From: Bacteroidia bacterium | GTDB lineage: Bacteria; Bacteroidota; Bacteroidia; NS11-12g; UBA955 | Assembly: GCA_040403495.1 (NCBI GenBank) | Contig: JBBAKM010000004.1 | Location: 23,456 to 87,455 of the forward strand | Direction: 5' to 3' | DNA length: 64,000 nt | Part shown: piece by piece, positions 46,452-56,264 of the stretch | Numbering within the stretch: position 1 is the stretch's first letter | Layout of the letters: each line of letters opens with the position of its first letter | Notes under the pieces: generated by a model | Told to the model about the DNA's origin: nothing | The model's input: only the letters and a program-made list of their open reading frames with translations | The model's database searches: none | Position numbers and translations under genes: made by a program

Positions 46452-47086
46452 TGTATCGTAATCGTCCAAATTTATCAATTGGATTTCACGGATGTGACCT
46501 TGCTGTAATGCAAGAATTAGTATCTAATCCAGACAAAGTGAAAAAGAGTCAAGAAAAATTTGATTGGCTGGGTAATGGGTTTTATGTTTGGGAAAATAAT
46601 CAAGCAAGAGCTTTGAAATGGGCGGTTGATAAAAAGCAAAGAGGAGGACAACTGAAATATCCAGCTGTCGTAGGTGTTGTATATCAACTTGATTATTGTT
46701 TAGATTTAACAGATTCAGAATCGATTGAATTACTTCCTACCTACTACAAATTGATGAAGGATGATTTATCCATAATGGGCAAGAATATTCCAGAAAATAG
46801 AAATGTAAATGGAGATAAACATCATGACCTTGTTATTAGGGAATTAGATTGCGCTGTTATAGAATATATGCATCAAAAGATTGATGAGGAAATTAAATCT
46901 GATTTAGAAACAAAAGGGTATTCTGAATATAGGCATTTTGATACAGTAAGGGGGATATTTACCGAAGGAGGTCCAATTTTTGATGGTGCAGGAATTCAAT
47001 CTAAAAACCACATTCAAGTTTGTATTAGGAACTTAAATTGTATCAAAGGCTTCTTTATGCCAAGAAAAGAAAGTAAATTTCCTTAA
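46451..47086 (+). CDS. Hypothetical protein with a conserved GFY-type motif (possibly DUF3990-like).
   Basis: The 211-aa product carries ...IGFHGCDLAV...GNGFYVWENNQARALKWA.... It lies in an AT-rich gap after trhO. The family assignment is from memory only. Confidence 0.4.
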   Translation: MYRNRPNLSIGFHGCDLAVMQELVSNPDKVKKSQEKFDWLGNGFYVWENNQARALKWAVDKKQRGGQLKYPAVVGVVYQLDYCLDLTDSESIELLPTYYKLMKDDLSIMGKNIPENRNVNGDKHHDLVIRELDCAVIEYMHQKIDEEIKSDLETKGYSEYRHFDTVRGIFTEGGPIFDGAGIQSKNHIQVCIRNLNCIKGFFMPRKESKFP

Positions 47087-47148
47087 AAGCAATTTGCTTT
47101 TAAATTTGAATTTCTAACAATTGTAAAATTCCCTAAAAAAACAATAAT

Positions 47149-47607
47149 CTAGTTATAAATGACGATATAGGCATTCAGTGAAATGGCAGTAAAAAGCCAA
47201 ATCAGATAAGGTAATAACAGTAAGTTGTAATAATGCTGTACTCTGAAATATCTTAAAAAGGTAATTATCAATACCACTTGTAATGCACTTATTACTAAAA
47301 GTGCCAATATATCATATTGGAAATAAAAGAAAATTGGATTCCATATAATATTGAGAACCCATTGTATGCCATATAAAATATAAATGGTTTTAGATTGAGA
47401 TTTTACATTTTCTATCAATGATTTTAGATAAAAGGCATAGCAAATCATAATCGTGGTCCAAGCAGCCCCAAAAACCCAACCCGGTGGTGTCCAAGGGGCT
47501 TTGTTAATGGTTTGATACCATTCGCTAGCAACGCCGTTTCCGGTAAACTGCCCACCAATTGCTAGGGCTAGAAAATTTAAAGCTAAGAATATTATAAAGT
47601 TACGCAT
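47149..47607 (-). CDS. tspO: TspO/MBR family tryptophan-rich sensory protein. The start is at the MRNFIIF Met, directly after the glnN terminator.
   Basis: The product has five TM helices and the Trp-rich motif WYQTINKAPWTPPGWVFGAAWTTIM. Confidence 0.8.
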   Translation of the reverse strand: MRNFIIFLALNFLALAIGGQFTGNGVASEWYQTINKAPWTPPGWVFGAAWTTIMICYAFYLKSLIENVKSQSKTIYILYGIQWVLNIIWNPIFFYFQYDILALLVISALQVVLIITFLRYFRVQHYYNLLLLPYLIWLFTAISLNAYIVIYN

Positions 47608-47642
47608 AAAAAAAGGGTTGTTGCAAATGTACAACAACCCTT
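47608..47642 (-). terminator. Rho-independent terminator downstream of glnN.
   Basis: On the minus strand the hairpin AAGGGTTGTTGtacatttgCAACAACCCTT is followed by TTTTTTT and then immediately by the tspO ATG. Confidence 0.7.
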
Positions 47643-47664
47643 CTCTTTAAGTTTGGTTTATTTT

Positions 47665-49839
47665 TTATTTTAAAAATAACAAGTCACGGTATTTAGGAAG
47701 TTTCCACATGTCATTGTCGATTAACTCTTCCAATTTGTCTGCACTTTCTCTAATCTCGTCAAAGTACGGTTTTACTTTGTCGCAATATGCTTTTGCTTTC
47801 TTGTCAGCATGTTCAATCAAGTTGGCTTTACGACGCTCTTCGGTCATTTTAGCATTATTACTCCAAATAGAATTGATATGCTTAGAAATTTCCTTGGTGA
47901 GTTCAAGCAATGTTTTGGTTTCTTGTTTTGTTTGACCAATTTTTGTTAAACCTTCAATCGTGTCAATCAATTGTTTTTGATATTTAACCGCTGATGGAAT
48001 TACATAGTTTTTTGCCAATTCACCCAAAATTCTACCTTCAATTTGGATTTTTAACACGTAATCCTCAAATTTTATTTCAGTACGTGCTTCCAATTCTTTT
48101 TTGGTGTATATGCCATTGTCAACAAAGATAGATTGACTTTCTTTTTTATTGTAAGCATCCAAAGCGTAAGGCGTAGTTTTAATATTGCTCAAACCTCTTT
48201 TTGCAGCTTCTTTCACCCATTCTTCGCCATAACCATTGCCTTCGAAAATGATTTTTTTAGAAGTTTTAATATAGCCAATTAATGTTTTTTCAATAGCAGC
48301 CTGTTTGCTTACTTTTTTCTTTAACAATGCATCTACTTCTTTTTTAAACGCCATTAATTGATTGGCAACTATGGTGTTTAAGACAATAACTGCATTTGCG
48401 CAATGGTCACTAGAACCTACCGCTCTAAATTCAAATTTATTTCCAGTAAAGGCAAATGGAGAAGTTCTGTTTCTATCAGTATTGTCTAACAATATTTCAG
48501 GAATACGGTAAATATTAATGGTTTTTTCACTTACTCTGCCCGGTTTTTGTTCAGTTTTAGAATTTTCAAAACGGTTTAAAACTTCTGACAAGGTACTGCC
48601 AATAAATACCGACATGATAGCGGGAGGTGCCTCGTTTGCGCCCAATCTGTGGTCGTTGCCCGCAGTTGCTATACTTGCTCTTAACAAGTCTGCATGGTCG
48701 TGAACTGCTTTAATGGTATTAATAAAGAACGTTAAAAACTGTAAATTGTCTTGAGGGCTTTGTCCCGGTGACAATAAATTAACCCCTGTGTCAGTAATGA
48801 TTGACCAATTGTTGTGTTTGCCAGAACCGTTTACCCCTTTAAAAGGTTTTTCGTGCCACAAAACTTTTAATTTGTGCTTACTTGCCACAGCTTGCATAAC
48901 ATCCATTAGCAATGAATTATGGTCGATTGCAATATCGGCTTCTTCAAACATAGGCGCACATTCATATTGCCCTGGAGCAACTTCATTGTGACGGGTTTTT
49001 AAAGGAATGCCAAGTTTAAAGGCTTCTTTTTCAAAATCAGTCATGTAGTTGTAGATGCGCTCAGGAATACTTCCAAAATAGTGGTCTTCCAACTGTTGCC
49101 CTTTTGCAGGCATGTTACCAACCAAAGTTCTTCCTGCAAATACTAGGTCAGGACGTTGGTGGTATAATTCTTCGTCTATTAGAAAATATTCTTGCTCAAT
49201 ACCCAAAGAGATTTTAGTGTTTTTTACGTTGGTATCAAATAATTGGCAAACTTCTGTTGAAGCTTTTGATAAAATATTAGTTGATTTAATTAATGGCGCT
49301 TTATAGTCTAATGCCTCACCTGTGTAAGAAACGAAAATAGTAGGAATACACAAAGTTTTTCCACTTGCTTTTTCCATAATAAATGCTGGAGAGGAAGGGT
49401 CCCAAGCACTGTAACCACGGGCTTCAAAAGTGTTTCTTATACCACCGTTAGGGAAACTTGATGCGTCAGGTTCTTGTTGAACGAGTGCTTTGCCTGGAAA
49501 TTTTTCTACACCAGAGTCAATCCCTGTAGGTTCAAAAAATGAATCGTGCTTTTCAGCAGTAGAACCTCTTAGCGGTTGAAACCAATGCGTGTAATGTGTA
49601 GCGCCTCTTTCAATGGCCCAATTTTTCATACCTTCGGCAATTAAATTAGCCATTTTCATGTCCAAAGGATGGCCTGTGGTTCTTGACTCGTTAACAGCTT
49701 TGATGGCTTCTTTACTTACATACTCTGCCATGGCTTTTGGTCCAAAAACATTTTTACCGAAGTACTCGGAAATTTGTTTGGTGGTTTTCGACTTACTTTT
49801 TCCAGCGGATTGTATCATTTTATTATTATTTGACTGCAA
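47665..49839 (-). CDS. glnN: Glutamine synthetase type III.
   Basis: The 724-aa product has GSIII-specific length and motifs (...NGSGKHNNWSI..., ...FEFRAVGSS...). Confidence 0.9.
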   Translation of the reverse strand: MQSNNNKMIQSAGKSKSKTTKQISEYFGKNVFGPKAMAEYVSKEAIKAVNESRTTGHPLDMKMANLIAEGMKNWAIERGATHYTHWFQPLRGSTAEKHDSFFEPTGIDSGVEKFPGKALVQQEPDASSFPNGGIRNTFEARGYSAWDPSSPAFIMEKASGKTLCIPTIFVSYTGEALDYKAPLIKSTNILSKASTEVCQLFDTNVKNTKISLGIEQEYFLIDEELYHQRPDLVFAGRTLVGNMPAKGQQLEDHYFGSIPERIYNYMTDFEKEAFKLGIPLKTRHNEVAPGQYECAPMFEEADIAIDHNSLLMDVMQAVASKHKLKVLWHEKPFKGVNGSGKHNNWSIITDTGVNLLSPGQSPQDNLQFLTFFINTIKAVHDHADLLRASIATAGNDHRLGANEAPPAIMSVFIGSTLSEVLNRFENSKTEQKPGRVSEKTINIYRIPEILLDNTDRNRTSPFAFTGNKFEFRAVGSSDHCANAVIVLNTIVANQLMAFKKEVDALLKKKVSKQAAIEKTLIGYIKTSKKIIFEGNGYGEEWVKEAAKRGLSNIKTTPYALDAYNKKESQSIFVDNGIYTKKELEARTEIKFEDYVLKIQIEGRILGELAKNYVIPSAVKYQKQLIDTIEGLTKIGQTKQETKTLLELTKEISKHINSIWSNNAKMTEERRKANLIEHADKKAKAYCDKVKPYFDEIRESADKLEELIDNDMWKLPKYRDLLFLK

Positions 49840-49946
49840 AATTAGGGTTTAAGGGGGCAATAAAGATGGTTTTAAGGGTAAAAAAATTAACAAAATTTCA
49901 ATATTTGTTAAAATATGTCGAAAAAAATTAATAATTTCGACACGAA

Positions 49947-51020
49947 TTGTTAAATAGTCAAATTCCATACAATCAATTGCCTTTATTAACTGAGATTCAG
50001 TTTAAACCAAGTGATAGATTATTGGCTGTTAGTCGGCAATGTCAAATGTCTATCTCTTATTTAAAGGGTTATTTGGATGCTCTACCACAAAATGATTTGT
50101 TTTATATTTCTAAATGGTTTCAGTTGTTAGAACTTAAGTATTCGTTCGACTTGGAAAATAATTCAATCTCCATCCAAAGATTGTTTGAATCCTCTGTTTC
50201 AAAACAAAAAAACAACGACAAAACAACGCAACTTATTTTAGAACAGTTTGTTGCAGAAAGTAAAATAATAGGTAAGGATTTAAGTGATTTTAATAGGTTT
50301 TATATTGCCAAAGTAGGTAAAAAGAGGTCGGAATTAAGTTTTTACAGAGATAAGACCAAAGCCGTGATTAAAAGTTATTTTACCAATTTGGTGTTATATA
50401 CTGCTCCCGATCAAGCCAATGTGCTTAGTCGGTTAAAAAAAGATTTGAATAAAGCGTTATTGACTAAGCCTTTTGAGGATGATTTAATCAATTTGTGTTT
50501 AATGCACCTTCAATTAAGGGCAGTTGCGCCATTCACACAATACAACGATGCGTCAGCTAGATTTTATTCGCAATTTGTTGTCCAAACTTTGTTAGAACGG
50601 TTTATTCCTATCCCTTTTTCACAACAATTGATGTTAGTGAAAGAAGATTATAATGTGATGCTGAAAAATGCGTTGTTTAATGAGAATTATGATTCTTGGT
50701 GTTTGCTAATAATCAATGCAATACAAGAGTCAATTGAAAAAATGATTATGAAACTGAAACAAATTTTTCAATTGAAAGAAAAGCAATCATTGATAATAAT
50801 GAAATATACCAATTATAAATTGCCTGACGAATTACTATTGGTTTTGATGAAACATCCCTTTGTTAAAACTTCAGACATCATGTTGTTGTTAAACTGTCAC
50901 AGACAAACAGCCTATACGTATCTCAAGCAAATGGTAAATGCAGGTCTTTTGATTTCGAAAAAATCGGGAAGGGAACAAGTTTATTATAACAAGGAATTGA
51001 TGGATGTATTGATTTATTGA
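49947..51020 (+). CDS. Fic-family-like protein with a degenerate Fic motif and a C-terminal winged HTH.
   Basis: The region ...LRAVAPFTQYNDASARF... aligns to HPFx[D/E]GNGRxxR, with H, G and R replaced. The C-terminus LLLNCHRQTAYTYLKQMVNAGLLISKKSGREQVYY is a wHTH typical of Bacteroidota Fic proteins. Confidence 0.5.
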   Translation: MLNSQIPYNQLPLLTEIQFKPSDRLLAVSRQCQMSISYLKGYLDALPQNDLFYISKWFQLLELKYSFDLENNSISIQRLFESSVSKQKNNDKTTQLILEQFVAESKIIGKDLSDFNRFYIAKVGKKRSELSFYRDKTKAVIKSYFTNLVLYTAPDQANVLSRLKKDLNKALLTKPFEDDLINLCLMHLQLRAVAPFTQYNDASARFYSQFVVQTLLERFIPIPFSQQLMLVKEDYNVMLKNALFNENYDSWCLLIINAIQESIEKMIMKLKQIFQLKEKQSLIIMKYTNYKLPDELLLVLMKHPFVKTSDIMLLLNCHRQTAYTYLKQMVNAGLLISKKSGREQVYYNKELMDVLIY

Positions 51021-51216
51021 TAGAGCTCCGCAATCTTGAAGATTCCGTATGATTTCCCTTTAAACAAGACCCATCCACAGCACTTTACGGAATGACTTAA
51101 GGGGAAGTATTCATTATCTCACTGACTTATTATTCTTGAATTAGTACTCTCATTTTGCCTCTTTTCATTGATATAATAAAATATCAACAATAAAGTTGTT
51201 ATTTTTGCCATCGTAA

Positions 51217-53034
51217 ATGAATGCCATGTTACGCATATTGAAAATGATAGTGCCTTTTAAGGGCTTAGCATTTCTCAATATGCTTTTTAATTTAATTCAA
51301 ATTGTAGCCGGTTTGTTCTCTTTAGCGCTTATTATGCCTTTGCTCGATTTTATGTTTAATAACAACAAAGACTTGTTGGAAAGTAATTTGAATAAAAAGC
51401 AAGGTGGATTTAATGAATTTTATACCGATTTTATTAGTTGGATGACTCAATTGGTTCAGGATGACAAACGACAAGCCTTACTCTACATTAGTATTGCCCT
51501 AATTGTGGCAACGGTTATAAAAAATATAGCCCGTTATCTTGCTCTTTTTTATTTAGTTATTCTTAGAAACAAAGTTATTCAGGATATACGAAAAAGGGTA
51601 TTTAATAAAATGCTTGATTTGCCTATTTCATACTTCAGTAATGAACGCAAGGGCGACCTAATATCACGAATGAGTAACGATGTTAAGGAGGTTGAGTGGA
51701 GTTTAATGGCCTCTTTGGAAGCAATCTTTAAAGAACCTGTTACCATATTGGTTTACATTGCAACTTTGGTTTTTATGAGTCCTAAGTTAACCTTATTTGT
51801 AGTGGTTTTGTTACCCGTAGCGGGTGGTTCTATCGCTTTATTGGGCAAATCGTTAAGGCGAAAATCAAAAAGAAATCAGGAACAACAAAGTTTGGTGCTT
51901 TCTTTCTTAGAAGAGTCAATAGGTGGTGTAAGAATTATCAAGGCTTTTGTTGTAGAATCTATTTTTAAGAAAAAGTTTGCAGACATCAATCAGTCCGCAA
52001 CTACAGCCAATATTAAAGTCAATCACAGAGGGGATATGGCTTCACCTATCTCCGAAACATTGGGAATTATTGTTGCTGCTGTTATTTTGTGGTTTGGTGG
52101 TAATATGGTTTTTGACGAACAACTTACAGGGTCGGCTTTTTTAGCCTATTTTGCTATTTTTAGTCAAGTTATTCCGCCTTTCAAACAATTGTCTAATGCT
52201 TTTCCAATGGTGCAAAGAGGGGCAGTTAGTATGGACAGGTACGAAGAGATTTTAAATGCGGACATTAAAATACCTGAACCTGAAAATCCTGTGATTGTTG
52301 AACAATTTAGTAACTCTATTGAATTTAACAATGTGAGTTTTTCATACGGTAAAGAAGAGGTTGTTAAACAAGTTAGTTTTTCAATCCCAAAGAATAAAAA
52401 AATTGCATTGGTTGGTTCAAGTGGGAGTGGTAAAAGTACTTTAGCCGATTTGCTGCCCCGTTTTTATGATGTTACTAAGGGTGAAATTACGATTGATGGG
52501 GTCAATGTCAAAGATATTTCTACACAACAATTACGCTCTTTAATGGGTATAGTGACCCAAGAGGCTATATTGTTTAATGATACCATTGCCAATAATATTA
52601 AATTTGGTTTAGATAATGTCAGTCAAGCGCAATTGGAAGCAGCCTGTAAAATGGCAAATGCCTTAGATTTTATCAATGAAACTGAACATCAATTTGAAAC
52701 TGTAATAGGAGAGAGGGGTAGTAAATTGAGTGGCGGTCAAAGACAAAGAATAGCCATTGCCCGTGCTTTGCTTAGAAATCCTCAAATCTTAATTTTAGAT
52801 GAAGCAACAAGTGCATTGGATAATGAAAGTGAAAGATTGGTCCAAGAAGCGCTCGAACATTTAAAAGAGGGACGAACCAGTTTGGTTATTGCCCATAGAT
52901 TAAGTACTATCAAAGATGCAGATGAGATTATCGTTTTAAAACATGGTAAAATAATAGAACGAGGAAATCATTACGATTTAATGACTCGCGAAGGGGTTTA
53001 TTATAATTTGTCTAGAATGACAGAAGGTTTTTAA
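51217..53034 (+). CDS. msbA: ABC lipid/LPS exporter (MsbA-like TMD-NBD).
   Basis: The product has six TM helices and a canonical NBD (GSSGSGKST, LSGGQRQRIAIARAL, ILILDEATSALD, IAHRLST). It lies upstream of waaA. Confidence 0.85.
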   Translation: MNAMLRILKMIVPFKGLAFLNMLFNLIQIVAGLFSLALIMPLLDFMFNNNKDLLESNLNKKQGGFNEFYTDFISWMTQLVQDDKRQALLYISIALIVATVIKNIARYLALFYLVILRNKVIQDIRKRVFNKMLDLPISYFSNERKGDLISRMSNDVKEVEWSLMASLEAIFKEPVTILVYIATLVFMSPKLTLFVVVLLPVAGGSIALLGKSLRRKSKRNQEQQSLVLSFLEESIGGVRIIKAFVVESIFKKKFADINQSATTANIKVNHRGDMASPISETLGIIVAAVILWFGGNMVFDEQLTGSAFLAYFAIFSQVIPPFKQLSNAFPMVQRGAVSMDRYEEILNADIKIPEPENPVIVEQFSNSIEFNNVSFSYGKEEVVKQVSFSIPKNKKIALVGSSGSGKSTLADLLPRFYDVTKGEITIDGVNVKDISTQQLRSLMGIVTQEAILFNDTIANNIKFGLDNVSQAQLEAACKMANALDFINETEHQFETVIGERGSKLSGGQRQRIAIARALLRNPQILILDEATSALDNESERLVQEALEHLKEGRTSLVIAHRLSTIKDADEIIVLKHGKIIERGNHYDLMTREGVYYNLSRMTEGF

Positions 53035-53092
53035 GTCCATAGCGATAGTTTTGAAAGTGAATTTTATTTGAAAGAATTCTTATATTTGTTGA

Positions 53093-53866
53093 ATGTTACT
53101 CAGGTTTTTTATATTAATTAATTGTTTTATAAGTGTTGTATTGTCAGCACAAACGATGGCTGAACAAAAAGACTATCGAAATACGTTGTTGATGGGAATT
53201 ACATATGGCCGTCAACAATCCATAGGTGTTTTAAATGAAAGGTTTGGCGGTAGTAACACTGTTGGACTTAATACTAGTTACAAATTTGGTAAAAACTGGC
53301 AGGCTAGTTTTCAACTTAATACTTTGTTTGGTTCTGTAGTTAAAGAAAATGGAATGTTTGATTCTATTAGTAAAAATGGAACCGACTTGTTGGATGTCAA
53401 TGGAAATTTTGCTGAAATTAGGTTGTATCAACGTGGCTATATGTGGCATTTTGATTTTGGGAAAGTTATTCCATTGTCGCCTCTAAACAAAAATTCGGGT
53501 TTATTAATGACCGCTGGTTTGGGTTTTATGGAACACAAAATCAAGTTTTTCTATCAAAGAGATGTGTTGCCACAATTGGAAAACGGTTATTTTAAAGGAT
53601 ACGATAGGTTGACTAATGGTTTTATGTGGAGAGGATTTGTTGGTTATCAAAGGATAGATGATGAACAAATGTTGAATTTTATTGCAGGTCTTGAATGGAT
53701 GCATGGTTTAACTCAAAGTAGACGCTCTTTTGATTTTGATACAAGAAAAGCAGATTTGCGCCAAAGGAATGATTTGTTAATTGGTCTGAAAATTGGGGTA
53801 ATGATTGCCATTCAAGGGAGAAAAGCAGGTGCCAAAAAAGGACAAGAAGAAAGGTACTTTGATTGA
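53093..53866 (+). CDS. Hypothetical outer-membrane protein.
   Basis: The product has a signal peptide, an alternating beta-strand-like pattern and a C-terminal aromatic-rich region. It sits between msbA and waaA. Confidence 0.4.
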   Translation: MLLRFFILINCFISVVLSAQTMAEQKDYRNTLLMGITYGRQQSIGVLNERFGGSNTVGLNTSYKFGKNWQASFQLNTLFGSVVKENGMFDSISKNGTDLLDVNGNFAEIRLYQRGYMWHFDFGKVIPLSPLNKNSGLLMTAGLGFMEHKIKFFYQRDVLPQLENGYFKGYDRLTNGFMWRGFVGYQRIDDEQMLNFIAGLEWMHGLTQSRRSFDFDTRKADLRQRNDLLIGLKIGVMIAIQGRKAGAKKGQEERYFD

Positions 53867-55089
53867 TGCGTTATTTGTACACTTTTCTGTTAACTATAGC
53901 CGATGCTTGTTTGCCTTTGGCCGCTTTATTGTTAAGGAAAGGAAAGACACACGCATTTGTTGCAGGTAGATTAGCCCAAAGGGAAATAAGTTTGCCCGAA
54001 AAAATAGGACAACGAATATGGATTCATTGCGCCAGTTTAGGTGAATTTGAACAAGTAAAACCAATCATAGAAAGCATAAAACACCAACAAAACTGTCAAA
54101 TAGTAGTTAGTTTTTTCTCTCCGTCAGGGTATCAATATTCTAAAAATTATCCATTTGTTAATGCAGTGCTTTATTTGCCATTAGATACTCCACGAAATGC
54201 CAAAAGATTTATCAAAGCAGTGAATCCCGATAAGGTCATCTTTGTAAAATACGAATTTTGGTTTCATTTTTTAACAGAATTGTTTGCCAAAGACATTCCG
54301 GTTTATTTGGTTTCTGCGGTTTTCAGGCCTAATCAGTTTCTTTTTTCTAAATTTGGAAAATGGTTGTTTAAATTATTGCCAAAGTACAAAACCATCTTTG
54401 TGCAAGATAAAAATTCGTTAGATTGTTTGATTTCTCATGGGATTAATAATGCAATATTGTCGGGAGATACCAGATATGACAAGGTTTATTCTACATCGTT
54501 GAATGTAAAAACAAATCCAATTATTGAAGCCTTTAAAGGCGAATCTAATTTATTGATTTTGGGAAGCAGTTGGTTTGCTGAGGAAGATTTGTTGCTGCAT
54601 TATTTGTCAAAGAGAAATGAAATTGAGTTAAAAATTCTTATTGCCCCACATGACATATCGCAAGGACATGTCAATGAAGTTTTACAAAAGTTTAAAGACT
54701 TTACGCCATTACTTTATTCAAAATTAAAACCATCAGATTCCATGTCTCAAGTTATGGTTTTAGACACTATTGGACATTTAGCAAGTGCTTATTATTACGG
54801 GAATGTGGCCTTAGTTGGTGGGGCATTTGGAAAGGGATTGCATAATATTTTGGAGCCTATTGCCTTTGGCGTTCCTGTGATTTTTGGCCCTCATACACAA
54901 AAGTATCCTGAGGCACAATTAGCGATTAACAATCAAATTGCTATTCAGGTAAATACCGCAGAGGAGTTTGTAAATGCATTAGAGGGGTTAATGAAAAATC
55001 CACCTCAACAAGCGTGTTTGGAATTTATAAAATCCAATAAAGGGGCGAGTGAAATTGTGGTAAAGGAATTGTTGATTTTAAAACAATGA
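53863..55089 (+). CDS. waaA: 3-deoxy-D-manno-octulosonic acid (Kdo) transferase.
   Basis: The 408-aa product has ...[19 protein letters not shown]... and C-terminal ...[15 protein letters not shown]... KdtA motifs. Confidence 0.85.
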   Translation: MMRYLYTFLLTIADACLPLAALLLRKGKTHAFVAGRLAQREISLPEKIGQRIWIHCASLGEFEQVKPIIESIKHQQNCQIVVSFFSPSGYQYSKNYPFVNAVLYLPLDTPRNAKRFIKAVNPDKVIFVKYEFWFHFLTELFAKDIPVYLVSAVFRPNQFLFSKFGKWLFKLLPKYKTIFVQDKNSLDCLISHGINNAILSGDTRYDKVYSTSLNVKTNPIIEAFKGESNLLILGSSWFAEEDLLLHYLSKRNEIELKILIAPHDISQGHVNEVLQKFKDFTPLLYSKLKPSDSMSQVMVLDTIGHLASAYYYGNVALVGGAFGKGLHNILEPIAFGVPVIFGPHTQKYPEAQLAINNQIAIQVNTAEEFVNALEGLMKNPPQQACLEFIKSNKGASEIVVKELLILKQ

Positions 55090-56103
55090 GTTCCCTTTGC
55101 TGTAATGAACTCTTCCAAGGTGTTTAAAGGCCAATTCTGTCGCTTCACGCCCTCTAGCAGTTCGCATTAAATAGCCTTCTTGAATTAAGAATGGTTCATA
55201 AACCTCTTCAATCGTTCCCGGTTCTTCACCTACAGCGGTGGCTATAGTATTTAATCCAACAGGTCCACCTTTAAATTTGTCAATTATTGTGCTTAAAATG
55301 CGGTTGTCCATTTCATCCAAACCATTGTAATCCACATTCAGGGCATCAAGTGCAATTTTAGCAATAGTCATATCAATATTACCACTTCCTTTTATTTGAG
55401 CAAAATCTCTAGTTCTTCTTAATAAAGCATTAGCAATACGAGGGGTTCCACGACTTCTTCTAGCAATTTCGTAAGCTGCGTCATTAACGATTGGAATATT
55501 GATGATTCCCGAGGAACGGGTTATGATTTTTGCTAACAAATCGGTGTTGTAATATTCCAAACGGTTGGTAATACCAAAACGGGCTCTCAAAGGTGAGGTT
55601 AAAAGGCCAGAGCGGGTGGTTGCCCCAACTAAAGTGAAAGGTGCCAAACTGATTTGCACACTTCGCGCACTTGGACCACTGTCCAGCATAATGTCTATTT
55701 TGTAATCCTCCATTGCAGAGTATAAATATTCTTCAACAACAGGACTCAAACGGTGTATTTCATCAATGAATAAAACATCGCCCTCTTCAAGGTTCGTTAA
55801 CAATCCAGCCAAATCGCCCGGTTTTTCTAAGACGGGTCCACTTGTAATTTTAATATTACTGTTTAATTCATTTGCAATGATATTGGCTAAGGTTGTTTTA
55901 CCTAAACCAGGAGGGCCATGTAATAAAACATGGTCCAAAGCTTCGCCCCTTTGAACGGCCGCTTTTACAAATATTTTTAGGTTTTCTAAAATTTTATCTT
56001 GTCCAGCAAAATCATCAAAATTTGCCGGTCTCAATACCTTCTCAATGTCTTTGTCAGTTGAACTTAATTGTTCAGAGTCTGGATTTAAATGCTCGTTTTT
56101 CAT
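55078..56103 (-). CDS. ruvB: Holliday junction branch-migration ATPase RuvB.
   Basis: The product has the AAA+ motifs [13 protein letters not shown] and [10 protein letters not shown] and a C-terminal winged helix. Confidence 0.95.
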   Translation of the reverse strand: MKNEHLNPDSEQLSSTDKDIEKVLRPANFDDFAGQDKILENLKIFVKAAVQRGEALDHVLLHGPPGLGKTTLANIIANELNSNIKITSGPVLEKPGDLAGLLTNLEEGDVLFIDEIHRLSPVVEEYLYSAMEDYKIDIMLDSGPSARSVQISLAPFTLVGATTRSGLLTSPLRARFGITNRLEYYNTDLLAKIITRSSGIINIPIVNDAAYEIARRSRGTPRIANALLRRTRDFAQIKGSGNIDMTIAKIALDALNVDYNGLDEMDNRILSTIIDKFKGGPVGLNTIATAVGEEPGTIEEVYEPFLIQEGYLMRTARGREATELAFKHLGRVHYSKGNSLF

Positions 56104-56264
56104 CCTTTACACAAAGGTAGGGCATTGTTTAATCAATCCAAAAATTGATATTCACATTTCATGTGGTTTTCTGTCTTTGTGTTGTGACATATTTTCACTC
56201 TTTCAAAGAGATAAAGCAACTTTTTGTCAATTTTTTGCTACTTAATAAATAATTTGTACGAAAT

